Assembly: GCF_001194135.2 (NCBI RefSeq)
Contig: NC_068997.1
Location: 22,459,115-22,523,114 of the forward strand
Direction of reading: 5' to 3'
Length of the DNA: 64,000 bases
Source: Octopus bimaculoides
Lineage: Eukaryota
Below are positions 41,807-55,190 of this stretch, piece after piece (position 1 is the stretch's first letter; the number at the start of each line of letters is the position of its first letter). A program made the translations under genes and the position numbers. The notes beneath the pieces were generated by a model. The model saw only the letters and a list, made by a program, of their open reading frames with translations, was not told the origin of the DNA and made no database searches.

Positions 41807-43224
41807 TTTTCTTTTTACTTTTAGGAATTTCCAAAATACTTTCTGCAAATATCAAATATTATTCTTAGCAATTTGATTCTTCATTACGTTTCTCTTGAAC
41901 ACAAACTCTTAAAATAAAACTCTTCGTATCATAAATGTAATTTTGATGAATTATTTATTAGAACTGACAGTATAAAGAAGTACGAATGTGCGCATTAGTT
42001 GTGAGTTCATGTCGTATATTATCATCATCAACAACATTGCCATTACTATGACGTCCACTACCCCACCACCACCCTCAATAACATCAACAACAGCATGTAT
42101 AAAAACAGAAAGGAACCAACGCCGATGTGGCAAAAAAATTCATTATGATTATGATTGTCATTAATATTGGTATTATTATTGTCATTTTTTATAGTTCTTG
42201 TTAATATTGATCAACTACTGATGTCAAAAGTCCTTTCAATATTGCAACTCTCGCGCCTGAATGAGAAATTATTTTTTATGATAATAATACTACTAATGCT
42301 ACTACATACAATACGAATAATAATAATATCATTACTGGTATTATTGTTATTATTGTCGTAGCTGTTGATGGAGTTGTTGTAGATATAATTGTTATAACTG
42401 CAAGGTTGGAAGAAAGTAGACAATCAATGATATTGTTTCCTAGTACATGTCTAGTAACTTTCAGATCTAAAGTGGATAGCTTTACTTTTATTCTCGACCT
42501 GCAAAAAGCAGAAGCTTAAATACATGCATATTTACGCCAACTGGGTATTTTTTACGAAAAGAAAAGACACATTGGTTATGCTCTAGTTATATACACTAGA
42601 GAAAATAGACAGATTATCAAGCACTACATCATCAAACGAGTCTTTGTTTTTATTTTTTTTAATTTCAAGATGGCAAGGGAAAATTTGGAGGTGTAGATTC
42701 TGGTCACGGCTGGAGCAAAACATAGGAGAGAGTCAATGCGGATTCATTCAAAACGAGACAATTGCTCTTCTCATTGCTGAAACGCATATAACATTACCGT
42801 CAATTATCATCAGTGGCGCCTCGACGTTGTAGAAACATAAATCAGCCATTATTTGCATAGCTAAGGAATATGATGTTTTGAAAGATATGAATGAGCTAAT
42901 CACAAAACAGATATAGAAACAGGATCATTGGTTTCAAAAATAAGCTTGTTCTATGTTTACATATCACCTTATAACTGTTCATTTTCAAATAGACTGTGTG
43001 CAATTCCATCCGTATTTCTCGATATCAATAGAAATTGTTTGTGCAGGCAATGAGGCGCTAAGTGAAACCCTACTACTGAATGTGAGTGTGTCTGAAACGA
43101 AAACAAATAAATGAAATAGATACAAATAAGTGTAGACCGCTCGCTATAAGATATGAATTCATATTTCAGTTGCTAGGAGACCAGTCAGTACCTTAACCAG
43201 CGTTGGAATCGTTGATCATTGTAC

Positions 43225-43373
43225 CTTTTCATCAGTTGATGTGTCTCTTCGACAGACGAAGAAGAAAGAAACGTCCCTCGTTCATTATTTGTTTGAACAG
43301 AAGTTTTAGCAGATGGTCTGATTGATTGCAGAGATTTATGTCCAATTCTAGTAGCCGTTGATAAAAAGAAACC
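43225..43373 (-). other. candidate internal exon (149 nt; alternative donor at 43192)
   Basis: Strong acceptor ttttcctccattttctcag|, donors AAG|GTACAA (43225) and AAG|GTACTG (43192); frame 0 open: GFFLSTATRIGHKSLQSIRPSAKTSVQTNNERGTFLSSSSVEETHQLMK. No homology recognised. Confidence 0.3.
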
Positions 43374-43684
43374 CTGAGAAAATGGAGGAAAATTCTCGAT
43401 TAGATCTGAGTTCAAATGCCTCTAGAATCTACTGTAATCTGTATTCCTACTTTGAAAATACAAAACTGTGTGATTAGAACAATAGATAATGATATTTATC
43501 ATAATCCTTTCTGCTGTAGGCACAAGGCTTGAGTGGACAGACGCAATAGTAAAAGATACGTGTGGAACTCTAGATCACAAGACCTTAAAGAGATCTTCTT
43601 AACAACTCAGCCACGTTTGTAACAACTCCGGAGTCAAGGATATAACTAAATATTTCTTTGAAAATTTTAAGTATCTATCTATCA

Positions 43685-43723
<39 letters not shown>

Positions 43724-43744
43724 TCTCTCCCTCTCTCCCTCTCT

Positions 43745-43818
<74 letters not shown>

Positions 43819-44615
43819 TATTGAATTAAATTGGGTAGCTTTTCTGCTGTACATATGATGCGATGTGTGTTGCTGAAAAGCCGCCATTTTATGACCTTTG
43901 TGCTCTTCATAATGTACACTTGAGCTCGTGGAGTCGGTCTTTAAATTTATTGGCAGTCATAAAAGTATAATCAATTTATGTTATTGGTGGGTTATTAGAT
44001 GCATTTAATCTTGCATTTTATTCAGTTAAACTTATTTTCATTAGTGACATTTTCAGGATCATTTTATAACTCGTATAAATTTTGTATTTGTAAATTCACT
44101 CTTGTAGACTAGCTTAAGTGAAATAAGCATGTTTAATATCTTTTACTTTTGGTCGGGGAGGTTATTTTCTGGCGAGATGTTTAATGATGCTAAGAATTAT
44201 TTTATGTATATCAATCGAAAATGAAGGATTATACGAAAGCATCTTCCTGTTAAGCTTCCTTTTTTTTAGATTTCATTTATTCTTTATTTGAACGCGCGAG
44301 CTCAGAATCTGCATACCTTTCCGCCGAGTATTTCGAAGAGGGATAAAATCATTGAAAATGCAGTCCTTTTCGGAAGAAATCATTTACGACGTGCACAAAT
44401 ATGTATATATACATGACAGCCCGCCAGACTATATGAATGCAAAATTTTAAAATAACTACGTCGGAAACGTGAGGAAACGTGAGGAATTCGAGGAATACGA
44501 AAAAATGTTAATGAATAAGGGTTATTTCTTCTTAATCAGAGGTTTTATGATGATACCTGGACCTAATATCCGTTAAAACAGTAATGTAACATCGAACAGC
44601 AATATTATTAGCAGA

Positions 44616-45072
44616 TTAACCAGGTGTCACGCCAATATAGTTGCCACGCCCAGAGATAACAACCAAGCCGGGGACCAGCATCACAGAGAGCGTCACCGAA
44701 GAACACGGTACCACATCCACGAATAATGAATAAACCATAGAAGCAGACAGAGTGACCAGTACAAACGCCGCACCTGGAAATAATGACCTATCCAGAAACA
44801 ACGACATGGAGGATATATCTGCCGTTCCCAGTTCCGCCATCTCAGACGAGGACCAAACATTCATCTTCGACACCGATGGGATGAACAACCCTGCCCCATA
44901 TGTTACTCGGAGTGTGAATAGGGTCACATCCCATGTTTATATTTTGGTTCGGCGAATACTTCGTTCAAGAAACGTTTTCTTAATCACCAGTCATCCTTCA
45001 GAGTCCCAGAAAGATGGTTTGCCATGTCCCTGGCCCACCATATGTGAAACCGCAAAGAGGAAGGAACCCCGT
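44616..45072 (+). pseudogene. GC-richer decayed ORF of unknown origin, truncated by gap
   Basis: One frame reads PGVTPI*LPRPEITTKPGTSITESVTEEHGTTSTNNE*TIEADRVTSTNAAPGNN...PAPYVTRSVNRV with two stops; visibly more GC-rich than its flanks; YVTRS is weakly like Gypsy pol C-terminal TRSGR tails. Confidence 0.25.
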
Positions 45073-46004
45073 NNNNNNNNNNNNNNNNNNNNNNNNNNNN
45101 NNNNNNNNNNNNNNNNNNNNNNNNNNNNNNNNNNNNNNNNNNNNNNNNNNNNNNNNNNNNNNNNNNNNNNNNNNNNNNNNNNNNNNNNNNNNNNNNNNNN
45201 NNNNNNNNNNNNNNNNNNNNNNNNNNNNNNNNNNNNNNNNNNNNNNNNNNNNNNNNNNNNNNNNNNNNNNNNNNNNNNNNNNNNNNNNNNNNNNNNNNNN
45301 NNNNNNNNNNNNNNNNNNNNNNNNNNNNNNNNNNNNNNNNNNNNNNNNNNNNNNNNNNNNNNNNNNNNNNNNNNNNNNNNNNNNNNNNNNNNNNNNNNNN
45401 NNNNNNNNNNNNNNNNNNNNNNNNNNNNNNNNNNNNNNNNNNNNNNNNNNNNNNNNNNNNNNNNNNNNNNNNNNNNNNNNNNNNNNNNNNNNNNNNNNNN
45501 NNNNNNNNNNNNNNNNNNNNNNNNNNNNNNNNNNNNNNNNNNNNNNNNNNNNNNNNNNNNNNNNNNNNNNNNNNNNNNNNNNNNNNNNNNNNNNNNNNNN
45601 NNNNNNNNNNNNNNNNNNNNNNNNNNNNNNNNNNNNNNNNNNNNNNNNNNNNNNNNNNNNNNNNNNNNNNNNNNNNNNNNNNNNNNNNNNNNNNNNNNNN
45701 NNNNNNNNNNNNNNNNNNNNNNNNNNNNNNNNNNNNNNNNNNNNNNNNNNNNNNNNNNNNNNNNNNNNNNNNNNNNNNNNNNNNNNNNNNNNNNNNNNNN
45801 NNNNNNNNNNNNNNNNNNNNNNNNNNNNNNNNNNNNNNNNNNNNNNNNNNNNNNNNNNNNNNNNNNNNNNNNNNNNNNNNNNNNNNNNNNNNNNNNNNNN
45901 NNNNNNNNNNNNNNNNNNNNNNNNNNNNNNNNNNNNNNNNNNNNNNNNNNNNNNNNNNNNNNNNNNNNNNNNNNNNNNNNNNNNNNNNNNNNNNNNNNNN
46001 NNNN

Positions 46005-46057
<53 letters not shown>

Positions 46058-46710
46058 GTGTGTGTATGTGTGTGTGTGTATAGAGTTATACCCACACATA
46101 TGCATGTGTGTAAATATATATATATATACTAGTATTTACCCACAGGCTAGTACACCCATGAATAGATACATACACACACATACATCCCCATTCCAGCTAT
46201 TTTTAATTCTAACATATGCTCTTCTATCTATTTATCCATCTCTCTCCCTCTCTCGCGCGCTCTCTCTCCGTCTCTGTTTATCTGTCTGTCTCTCTTTCTC
46301 TTTGTATGTAAACACATGCATCTGTCTTTCTTTCTAACTTCCCTTTTATATATCTGAATATTTATCTACCCGTCTTTCCATCTATTTAAGCACTAATTAA
46401 ATTACACTTCGCAATGTCCACTGGGAACTAGACTCGTTTATATTCTATTACACTTTCTTAATTACATTTTCTTAATTACGAAAGTACGTATTTCTCTCAC
46501 TTCTCATTTCATGTTAAGTTCAAGATCTGTGGTTGCTCTTACACTCTGTGGCAATAAATAACAATGAGAAAAAAAAAAGAGTGAAGCGTACGACCAAGTG
46601 ATAATGTGTACTACAGTCAACTGAATGTTAACGAATACTTAATTCTACAAAGCATATGCACATATCTCCGATACATATACAAAATATATCATATATGACA
46701 GTATGCATGA

Positions 46711-46749
<39 letters not shown>

Positions 46750-48401
46750 TGTCTGTCTGTGTGTCTATGTTTATATGTATTTATATATATTTATATATAT
46801 ATAATAGCGAAGACGGAGAATAGAATATACGAGGAATCTTATTGTTCACAATGATCGTTTCGGCCCATCGACGTTCTGAACACTAAAGATTTTCGAATAT
46901 TTAAAAACTGTTTTGAACTTGTTTTTGCTGCATCCTGATTCAACGTATACAATTATTTTACAGATCATTTAAATGAAATGAGAAATTTCTTTTTTCATAT
47001 CATTTACTTGATATTTGGAAATGATAATTTTTTATGTCAATTACATTAATTAATGAAATTTTATTTGCTTTCAAATCTTTTTGAACATTATGTCGCTATT
47101 TGATATTTTGAAAAATTAACTATGCTTGAATAAATAGTTATTTGTTTTGATATAATGTAGAAATTTTGTATAAAAGAAAAGTACATCTATTTAATATATC
47201 TAAATTATTTGATCAATGCACGTAATTGGCAGAACATTCTTATAATAATTTTGAATATACTATTTTGAATTAATTTTTTTTTCCTTATTGCCACTATTTA
47301 TTTTTTCGGCAATTACCCATTTGTCTCAAGTATAAATCATTAACACATACAAGGGCTATTACATTTTCATGACAAAATATAGAACAAATGATGTTAGCTG
47401 ACAAAAGAAAAAAAAATGCCCTCTTTGGAATCTAGGCAAGCAAAGAATCTAGCGCTTATATATTAATATAAAAATCGAAACTTCACATTTTATGTATTTT
47501 TACAAAAAATATATAATTAATCAACCTCAAATTTGACTACATTTTTGCTTCATAAGTTGTTTTATAGAAACCAGTTTTGATGCAGTGTCATGAAGATTCC
47601 GCTCACCTAGATATTTTAAGAAAAGCTTAACTCTATGTTGTTTGGTTTCCCACAATATCAGAGAAGTTCTGGTTTAAAACGAAGGTATCAACTACTCTCA
47701 TTAAAATTTCATTAATTTTTGCCCCAAAATTTTCATTCATTTCGATGAATATTACTGAAATGGATTCTTCAGTTGAATATCTTTTACTAAAGCTTTTATT
47801 ATACGGATTTAAAAAAAAAAAACTATATTAATGATATGACGACGTAAAGTCAATATAGCACATTGTTCTGTTTCCGATTTGACCAATTTTTCCCTCATAA
47901 ATTATTATATTCCGCGCCTCGTTGAGCTTTAGTAACAAAAATAGAATCTTCTTGAAATATATTATTAAACTGTAATTAAAGCAAAAACAGTAAAGAAAGC
48001 TACACTGGTTAAACATTGTATTTATTCATTACTCTCATATATTTTTGCGTATCTTTCATCGTTGTAAGTTTTCATGGCACATTTTTTAATCTATATGAAA
48101 TTGTAACAGAGCAGAGGTCTATTTCAGTCAATTTAATTGCATCTAATTTGGTCAAGCATTGGATTAGCTAGACAGCATAGAATTGTATGTGAAAAGGAAA
48201 TAATGACCTTAAGAGTAATAGTGACATACTACCGTAGGTGACTGATATGTGTAGGCATAATTATGCATGTGTATATTCGTGTGAATGTCACTGGGTGTGT
48301 ATACATGTGTATGTATGTGCGTGCGTGTGTGTGTAACGAAGAATCACACAAACTAAATTATCCACCAACAATTTTCGCGAGTTCAACATGCAATGAAAAT
48401 A

Positions 48402-48435
<34 letters not shown>

Positions 48436-48629
48436 AGCTCTCATTTTCATGAACGTATCGGTCTTAGATTGCAAACACACGTTGTGTTCGCTGTGTGTTT
48501 ATGATACGGTAGAATGAGAACCTGTCTTAATCAGCTTCGATTGTGGAGAAAAGTCATTTGTCGAAGCATACTTTAATATCCTTCGATCATGCCCTTATGG
48601 CATATTTGTGATTCACGCTTTTCTTTGTG

Positions 48630-49490
48630 AAAATCATATGTGCAAAACAACATCCATCTTGCGGTGTCCATTTTCATTAATGCATTTCTAAAGGCGCTCT
48701 TGAAAGTTGACCTCCACTCTCTCCAATATTGATCTGTCGATTTCGGCAGCTTCCATGCGAATAGTTTCCTTCAAATCGTCCAATGTACGGGGCTTATGCG
48801 CATACACACGTGTCATGAGGTTTCCCCACAAGAAATAATCACAAATGGATAAATCAGGGGACCGAGGATCAAGGAATGTCAGCAAACCTGGATATTAGGC
48901 GTTAACCGAAGAAAGAGCGAAGAACGTCCATTGATGCTTTGGCTGCGTAGGTCACCCCCCACCCTCATCTTGCTGAAACCACATGTACCGTCACTTTTTT
49001 CGCCGTGCAGTGGTTTTTGCGCAGTTCTCTCGGATTTCCAAGAGCCCAATAACAACAGTTCTGTTGATTCTCCATGCCACTGAGATGAGAATGAGCTTCA
49101 TCACTCATGAATAAAATGAGGTTGTCATTCGCATCAAAAGTTGCTTCCATCTGAAGTGCGAAGTTAAGCTATTGTACGTAGTCCCAAGGTTACAACCTTT
49201 GCCCAATGACCAATCTGTACATTTGCAAATGCAGGACTTCATGCAAAATACGCCTTACCGATCGATTACCGATGCCAATTTCAGAGGAATGCCTCCGAGC
49301 AGAGCGATTCGAACTCCGTATCAAAGCTTGTCTGACGCGTTCAACATTTTCCGGGATCCGTACCGTTCGTGGTGCCCCCACTGGTTACCCACCGGTTTCC
49401 TATTAATAGCAATCAGTGTATTAAATTATAACAACTGCTTATTAGTATTGTTACTTTTAAGCGATCGCAGTGGCGTGTTACTCAAATCTA
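48630..49490 (-). mobile_element. decayed mariner-like transposase, rosa/DD41D type
   Basis: GAPRTVRIPENVERVRQALIRSSNRSARRH...FMSDEAHSHLSGMENQQNCCYWA.GNPR...WFQQD...PRSPDLSICDYFLWGNL..VY..KPRTLDDLKE...NFQERL*KCINENGH; the reconstructed second-to-third Asp spacing is about 41. Confidence 0.93.
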
Positions 49491-49599
49491 GAGATTCTCA
49501 GTTTCAATTTCAATGAAAAAACATCCTTATCGTTTAAATCATGTATTGAACACTTGATACTCACTCTTTCGACATTAGATAACACACATATTTATATAC

Positions 49600-49666
<67 letters not shown>

Positions 49667-49739
49667 CATTAGATATGCGTTCGCACACATCAATACACAA
49701 AGTCACACACATCTCAGCGCTCGGTGTGGTCTGATATGA

Positions 49740-50220
49740 AACACATACAATATGCCATTTAAATCTTCTTGGAATACTTTTCATTTTTAATTCACATATA
49801 TTATTTTTATTCTCTCTTCCATCTCCCTCCTGTTTCATCTTATCTTTTCCCTCTCCTCCCCTTTTCACCTCTTTTCCTCTAGTGCCTTTTCTTCACTTTT
49901 ATTTCCACAACTTTCTGCCATTCTTTAGGAAAGCTTTAAGCAATACCCATTGGTACCTTCTCATTTTTCCCCCTTTTCACTTTCTTTCGCTCCTCGCTAT
50001 TCCCTACAGCTTTTCTCATATATATCCACCTTTCTCCACTCTTACCTGGCTTACTTCCTAATATATACATATTCCTCACCACTGTCCTCTAATCCGACCA
50101 CTTCCAACTCCCTGACTGTGCTACTGTCACCAACTGTTCCTCCTCTCTTTACTCCCTCCTCACGATTGCCATTATTTCAATACCACCCACTCCCAACACG
50201 TTTCACTGCCACCTATCCAA
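49740..50220. repeat. pyrimidine-rich low-complexity tract
   Basis: G is almost absent on the + strand over ~480 bp. Confidence 0.8.
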
Positions 50221-50911
50221 CGGTCTGACATCCGGTGTGGTCCGACATGCATAACGTGCAGCCACCCCTATGTCAGCCGGAAGCGGGTGGTTTATGTGAA
50301 TTTATGGCTACAAGCTGGGTGATCATGATGCAAGGAAAGATGTGTTTTTCGTTTACCTCTAAGAATGCTTCTCTGATTGTAATTATATATGATTTAGCTG
50401 GAGAGGAAGGAGTATATAGAATATATGCATCATTCTTTCTACGTGCCTAAAATTGCGCATGCATATCTCGAAGAGCATATATATATACACATATACACAC
50501 ACACGCATATATACATGCATACATACATACATACATACATGCAAACATACATACATACATACATACATAAGTATATACATATATACATATATAATTATGC
50601 ATATATATATATATATATATATANNNNNNNNNNNNNNNNNNNNNNNNNNNNNNNNNNNNNNNNNNNNNNNNNNNNNNNNNNNNNNNNNNNNNNNNNNNNN
50701 NNNNNNNNNNNNNNNNNNNNNNNNNNNNNNNNNNNNNNNNNNNNNNNNNNNNNNNNNNNNNNNNNNNNNNNNNNNNNNNNNNNNNNNNNNNNNNNNNNNN
50801 NNNNNNNNNNNNNNNNNNNNNNNNNNNNNNNNNNNNNNNNNNNNNNNNNNNNNNNNNNNNNNNNNNNNNNNNNNNNNNNNNNNNNNNATAGATAGATAGA
50901 TAGATAGATAT

Positions 50912-50962
<51 letters not shown>

Positions 50963-52666
50963 TATCGACCAGTCGTTTTTCTTATATGTTTCTGGCCTTC
51001 TACTAAAATCGAATGTTTTAGAACTCCACCTAAGCTACACTCATTCATCTTGTATTGTATTAAATTACATTCGGATGTACCCTAATGGCATTGTATTGAT
51101 CCCCGTCAGTTATCAATGACAACTTTAGTGCAGTAGGCTCAATGATTTTGTTGCCATATTTGATCACCCACCCAATACGAAAGCCGGCAGGCGTTACTTT
51201 TGTGCAGCAGGAAATCTTTAGTAGTGCAAATTGCTGCGCCAAATTCAGAGGTAGACCTACCATAAACTTTATACAACAGGCTCTCTAATAAACTCTTAGT
51301 ATTGTATCAGTTTTTTGGTCTTTGGATATTTGATTTTGATTTTGCCATTCCAGTAAGCATTTCCGGTATTATCTTCCGTTTATTATTATTTCACTATTTT
51401 GATTCAAGCTCCTGATTCCCAAGATATATTTCTTCAACGTATTTCAACCAGCTAGAAGAAATTCGTATCGCTATGGACAAAAGTGATATCAGCAAAGTTT
51501 CTGCTCTATATCCATCGTCCTTTTAAGCTTCACGTTTTTCCTGTAGGCACATACATAAAGGCCTGTAATTGGCATTTTGACCACATTGGATCTCTCTTGT
51601 TGACAGACATAAAACAGGTTAAATCTATAGTTTTAGCAACGGAGCCTCTGTATCATTGCTCGTAGCTTCTAGAAGTATCAGTCAAATATCATTCATTCCA
51701 AGCCATATATTAATATATTAATTAAATATATTTATAGTTCTCTTATTTTTAAGCCAGTCAGGTTTTTCCTTCTTTAATCGCAAATATTGCTTTAAAAGCT
51801 TTCTTTAATATGGCACCAGTCTTATCTTTTGTATTACTACGTGACATCCGAGTAGAACTAATTAGATGAAGGGAAAGAGTTGATATACAATAATATATCG
51901 CCTCTGAACTAATATAGGTTATCAGCCGTAATTGATTGAAGGGAGCCATTATTTCCGCTTTGCTTTCATTTCATTTAAAGTGATGAAGGCTGCTTCAATA
52001 TGTGTATGTCTTATATCAAAGATTCTAGCTATAAAAAAGAACATGTAAGGAATTATAAAAAAGGGAATTTTCGCAGAATCTCAGAATAAATAGAATTTTA
52101 TAGGTATATGTAAGACCAAACGTTCCAGCAGTAACACAAGAAAGAAAAATAAAAGAAGACAAAGAAAAGACAAAATGAAGAAAGAGTTTTACAATAATAC
52201 AAATTAAATATCATTTTATAGATTTCAGCGACTTCAAAAAATTTTGGAATGAAACAAATAAATAAATAAAATAGTAAAATCTATGAGAAAAGGTTTTTCA
52301 GAAAACTACGGAATGAGTAGCATTTTATAGATGTCATAATTTTAAAGAAGAGAAACGAAAATTAAGGGAGGGGAAAACCTACGACTATTTGCTGTAGTGT
52401 ATCGTAAATTTCAGTTTTCTGTCACGGAAACCAAAATTCGAGAAATATCGCTTTAACAATAGTTAAATCTCCATTACGTTTTCTCTTTATTACCGCTTCC
52501 TTCACTTCCCACCCTCTAAACATAGCCTTCTATACCTACTGATTACGATGATTACTACGAAGCAATGCGCTCGAATGAAACAAAATGCTGTCGAAAATGA
52601 CATTCATACTATACGATAAAGTGAAAGGAACGAAGTCGTAGATACGACAATAATAATAGTAATAAT

Positions 52667-52908
52667 AATCCTTTCTATTATAAGCACAAGGCCTGAAATT
52701 TTGGGGACGGGACTTATCGATTACCTCGACCCCAGAATTTTACTGGTACTTAATTTATCGACCCCTGAAAGGATAAAAGGCAAAGTCGAACTTGGCAGAG
52801 TTTGAACTCAGAACGTAGTGACAGGCGAAATAGTGCTAAGCAATTCTTCCAGCGTGCTAACGACTCTGCCAGCTCGCCGCCCCAGTAATGATAATAATGA
52901 TGATGAAG

Positions 52909-52992
<84 letters not shown>

Positions 52993-53125
52993 GTTTCAAA
53001 TTTTGCCGCAAGAGCAGGAATTTTGAGGAAGAGGGTTAAGTCGATTACATTGACCTCAGTTTTCGACTGGCATTTATTTTATCGACCTCCAAAAGGCGTT
53101 CTAACAATTCTGCCAGCTCGCCGCC
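52667..53125 (-). mobile_element. two head-to-tail family B SINEs (52667-52883; 52991-53125 internally deleted) separated by (AAT)n
   Basis: Both end in ctgccagctcgccgcc (rc head ggcggcgagctggcag); the (AAT)n at 52885-52990 is the (ATT)n tail of the second copy. Confidence 0.9.
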
Positions 53126-53152
53126 TAAATTATAATAACAATGATAGTAGTA

Positions 53153-53153
<1 letters not shown>

Positions 53154-53229
<76 letters not shown>
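53154..53229. repeat. (AAT)n microsatellite
   Basis: Direct reading. Confidence 0.98.
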
Positions 53230-53231
<2 letters not shown>

Positions 53232-53580
53232 AAATGATAGTGCATGCCTCGGTGATGAGACGGTATCGGGGAAAACGTGAGGCTTGTCAGATATGATGAT
53301 TTGAAGTGAGAAATGTTTTCATTGAAAGAGGTGTGTTGTTCATGTTGTTGGAGCTTTGGAAACTGCAGGCTCCAAGTTCATGAACTGGACTGAAAAAAAT
53401 AGGAGTAAATGTGAAGATAAAGCACCTACAGAAAAAAAAGGGCTGTTTGGAATTTCTCTAATCCACCGCAGAGTTCTCAAAACCTGAAGGAGTATTACCT
53501 TAGTCCGCTGATTTTGGACAACTGACACTTTGTTACATCCCCCCAGGGAAGCTACTGTGTGAAACAATAATGATAATTAT
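53232..53580 (+). mobile_element. 5'-truncated R4/Dong-clade non-LTR retrotransposon: restriction-like endonuclease C-terminus, 3' UTR and short AAT tail
   Basis: ACLGDETV..RYDDLK*E...VVGALETAGSKFMNWTEKIGVNVKIKHLQKK...RVL (cf. IACPGD..EK..RY..L..E..PVVVGALG..L.KW..IG..LQK..LLG.A.ILR.VL); ends gaaacAATAATGATAAT. Confidence 0.8.
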
Positions 53581-53584
53581 AAAA

Positions 53585-55190
53585 AATAACAAGAACGACA
53601 AGAATATGAACTAAATGTGTTGAGAATATAAAGAAAAAAAATTCAAAAATTAACCAAAACAAAGCAAGAGGAGGAAGCAACTATGAAAGAATAAATGGAT
53701 AGAAAGAATAGAAACAAGTTTAAAAGAATAATGTAAAGGAAAGGGGTAAGGAAATTAAAGATAGAAATACGACTATGTAAAGAGAAAATAAAATACACCA
53801 GGGAAGTAGAGAGTTAAATATACAAATAGAAAATAACATACATAAATAAAGAAACAAGGAAATCGATTATCTATAAAAGAATGACTCAAAGAGCAAAAGG
53901 CATTTAAAAATCTGTGAAAACATTTGCAATAAAATTGTTATTGTAGTTTAAAAATAGTAATGTGAGACGACATTAAAACTGAAATGATTAAAAATAAAGT
54001 CATAAAGTAAATGTTTTAGGGAGTTTGAAATTAATTTATATTAGAATTACTAAAAAGGGAAAATAAAAAATATAACAAGGCAATCCCTGAAAAAAACACT
54101 TCTAAAACAACCAAGGAAATCGATAGAATGTTATGTGTGTCTAATGACTAAAGGAGTGCTGGAATGGAAGTAGAGAAACATTGAAGGATGTTTGAGTTGG
54201 GAGAGATTGAGAGGGATAGAGTGAAGAAGGATGGATTGGTGTAGAGAAAGAAATGAGTAAAAGAAAGAATTAAAGACAGGAAGGACGAAAGATGAGGAAT
54301 AAAGTGAGAGATGAAACAACGATGACTAAAGGCGGAAAGGAATAGAAGCAGAAGAAATTGAAGGATGATTGAGTTGGAAGTTATTGGGAGGAAATGAGGA
54401 AGGAACGAAGGATAGACATAAAGGAAGGAGGTATTGAAAGAATATAGAAAACAAGAATGAAAAGAAAAAGAGAATGAAAGTGGTGAACGAAAGGTAGATT
54501 GAAAGAAAAGAAGGAGAATAAAATTAAGTCATGAGAAATGGAGAGGAGAATATCGACAAATAGAAATGAATGAATGAAAATGTAAATGAAAATCAGACAA
54601 AAAAATGAAAGATAGAAAGAAATTTAAGGAGGCGAGGAGGAAATAAACGGAGACAGAAAAATGAGAGAACGAGGAAAAGGAAGAATAGAGAAATAAAGAG
54701 AGAGAGAGAGGAGGTAGGAAATGAGATATGACACTATATTGATAGTTGGAAGGATTGATAAAGATGAAAACAGTATTGAGGAAATGAAACAAAGTAATAT
54801 TTAATAGAAAAGAAGTTTTAAAAATATCAAAAGGGGAAAACCATCGGAAGAAACGAGGAAGAAGACATAGAAAAATGCGATATAAAAAACAAAATGGCGG
54901 AAGTAATGTCAGTAAAAATATGATATACAAATGATAAATGAAAATGTAATATAAAAACATGATAAACACATGAAAAATAGAATCTGAGATAAAAGAATGA
55001 AATATAAATAAAATGTGTGGAAGAAGAACAAAAAGAAAGAGAAAAACAAATTGAGAAGATATAAGAGAAAGGAATGGTAAAAGATGAAGAATGGGTCAAA
55101 AAAGTGTGAGGATACTTGAAGGAATTTAAAGAACAGAAGAAAGATGAGACAAAAATATGGCAGAGATAGTCAGAGATGGACAAATATTGC
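53585..55190. repeat. ~1.6-kb purine-rich (A/G) low-complexity tract
   Basis: C is strongly depleted on the + strand; aperiodic gaaa/agaa/ggaa words; it generates the spurious Phe/Leu/Ser-rich minus-strand ORFs. Confidence 0.85.

Noticed and set aside
42690-42800. LEQNIGESQCGF, resembling an RT domain-2 motif of RTE/CR1 LINEs
   Set aside because: Too short, with no flanking motifs to support a call.
51077-51256. Minus-strand 60-codon frame with AG/GT ends
   Set aside because: Poor pyrimidine tract and no homology; expected by chance.
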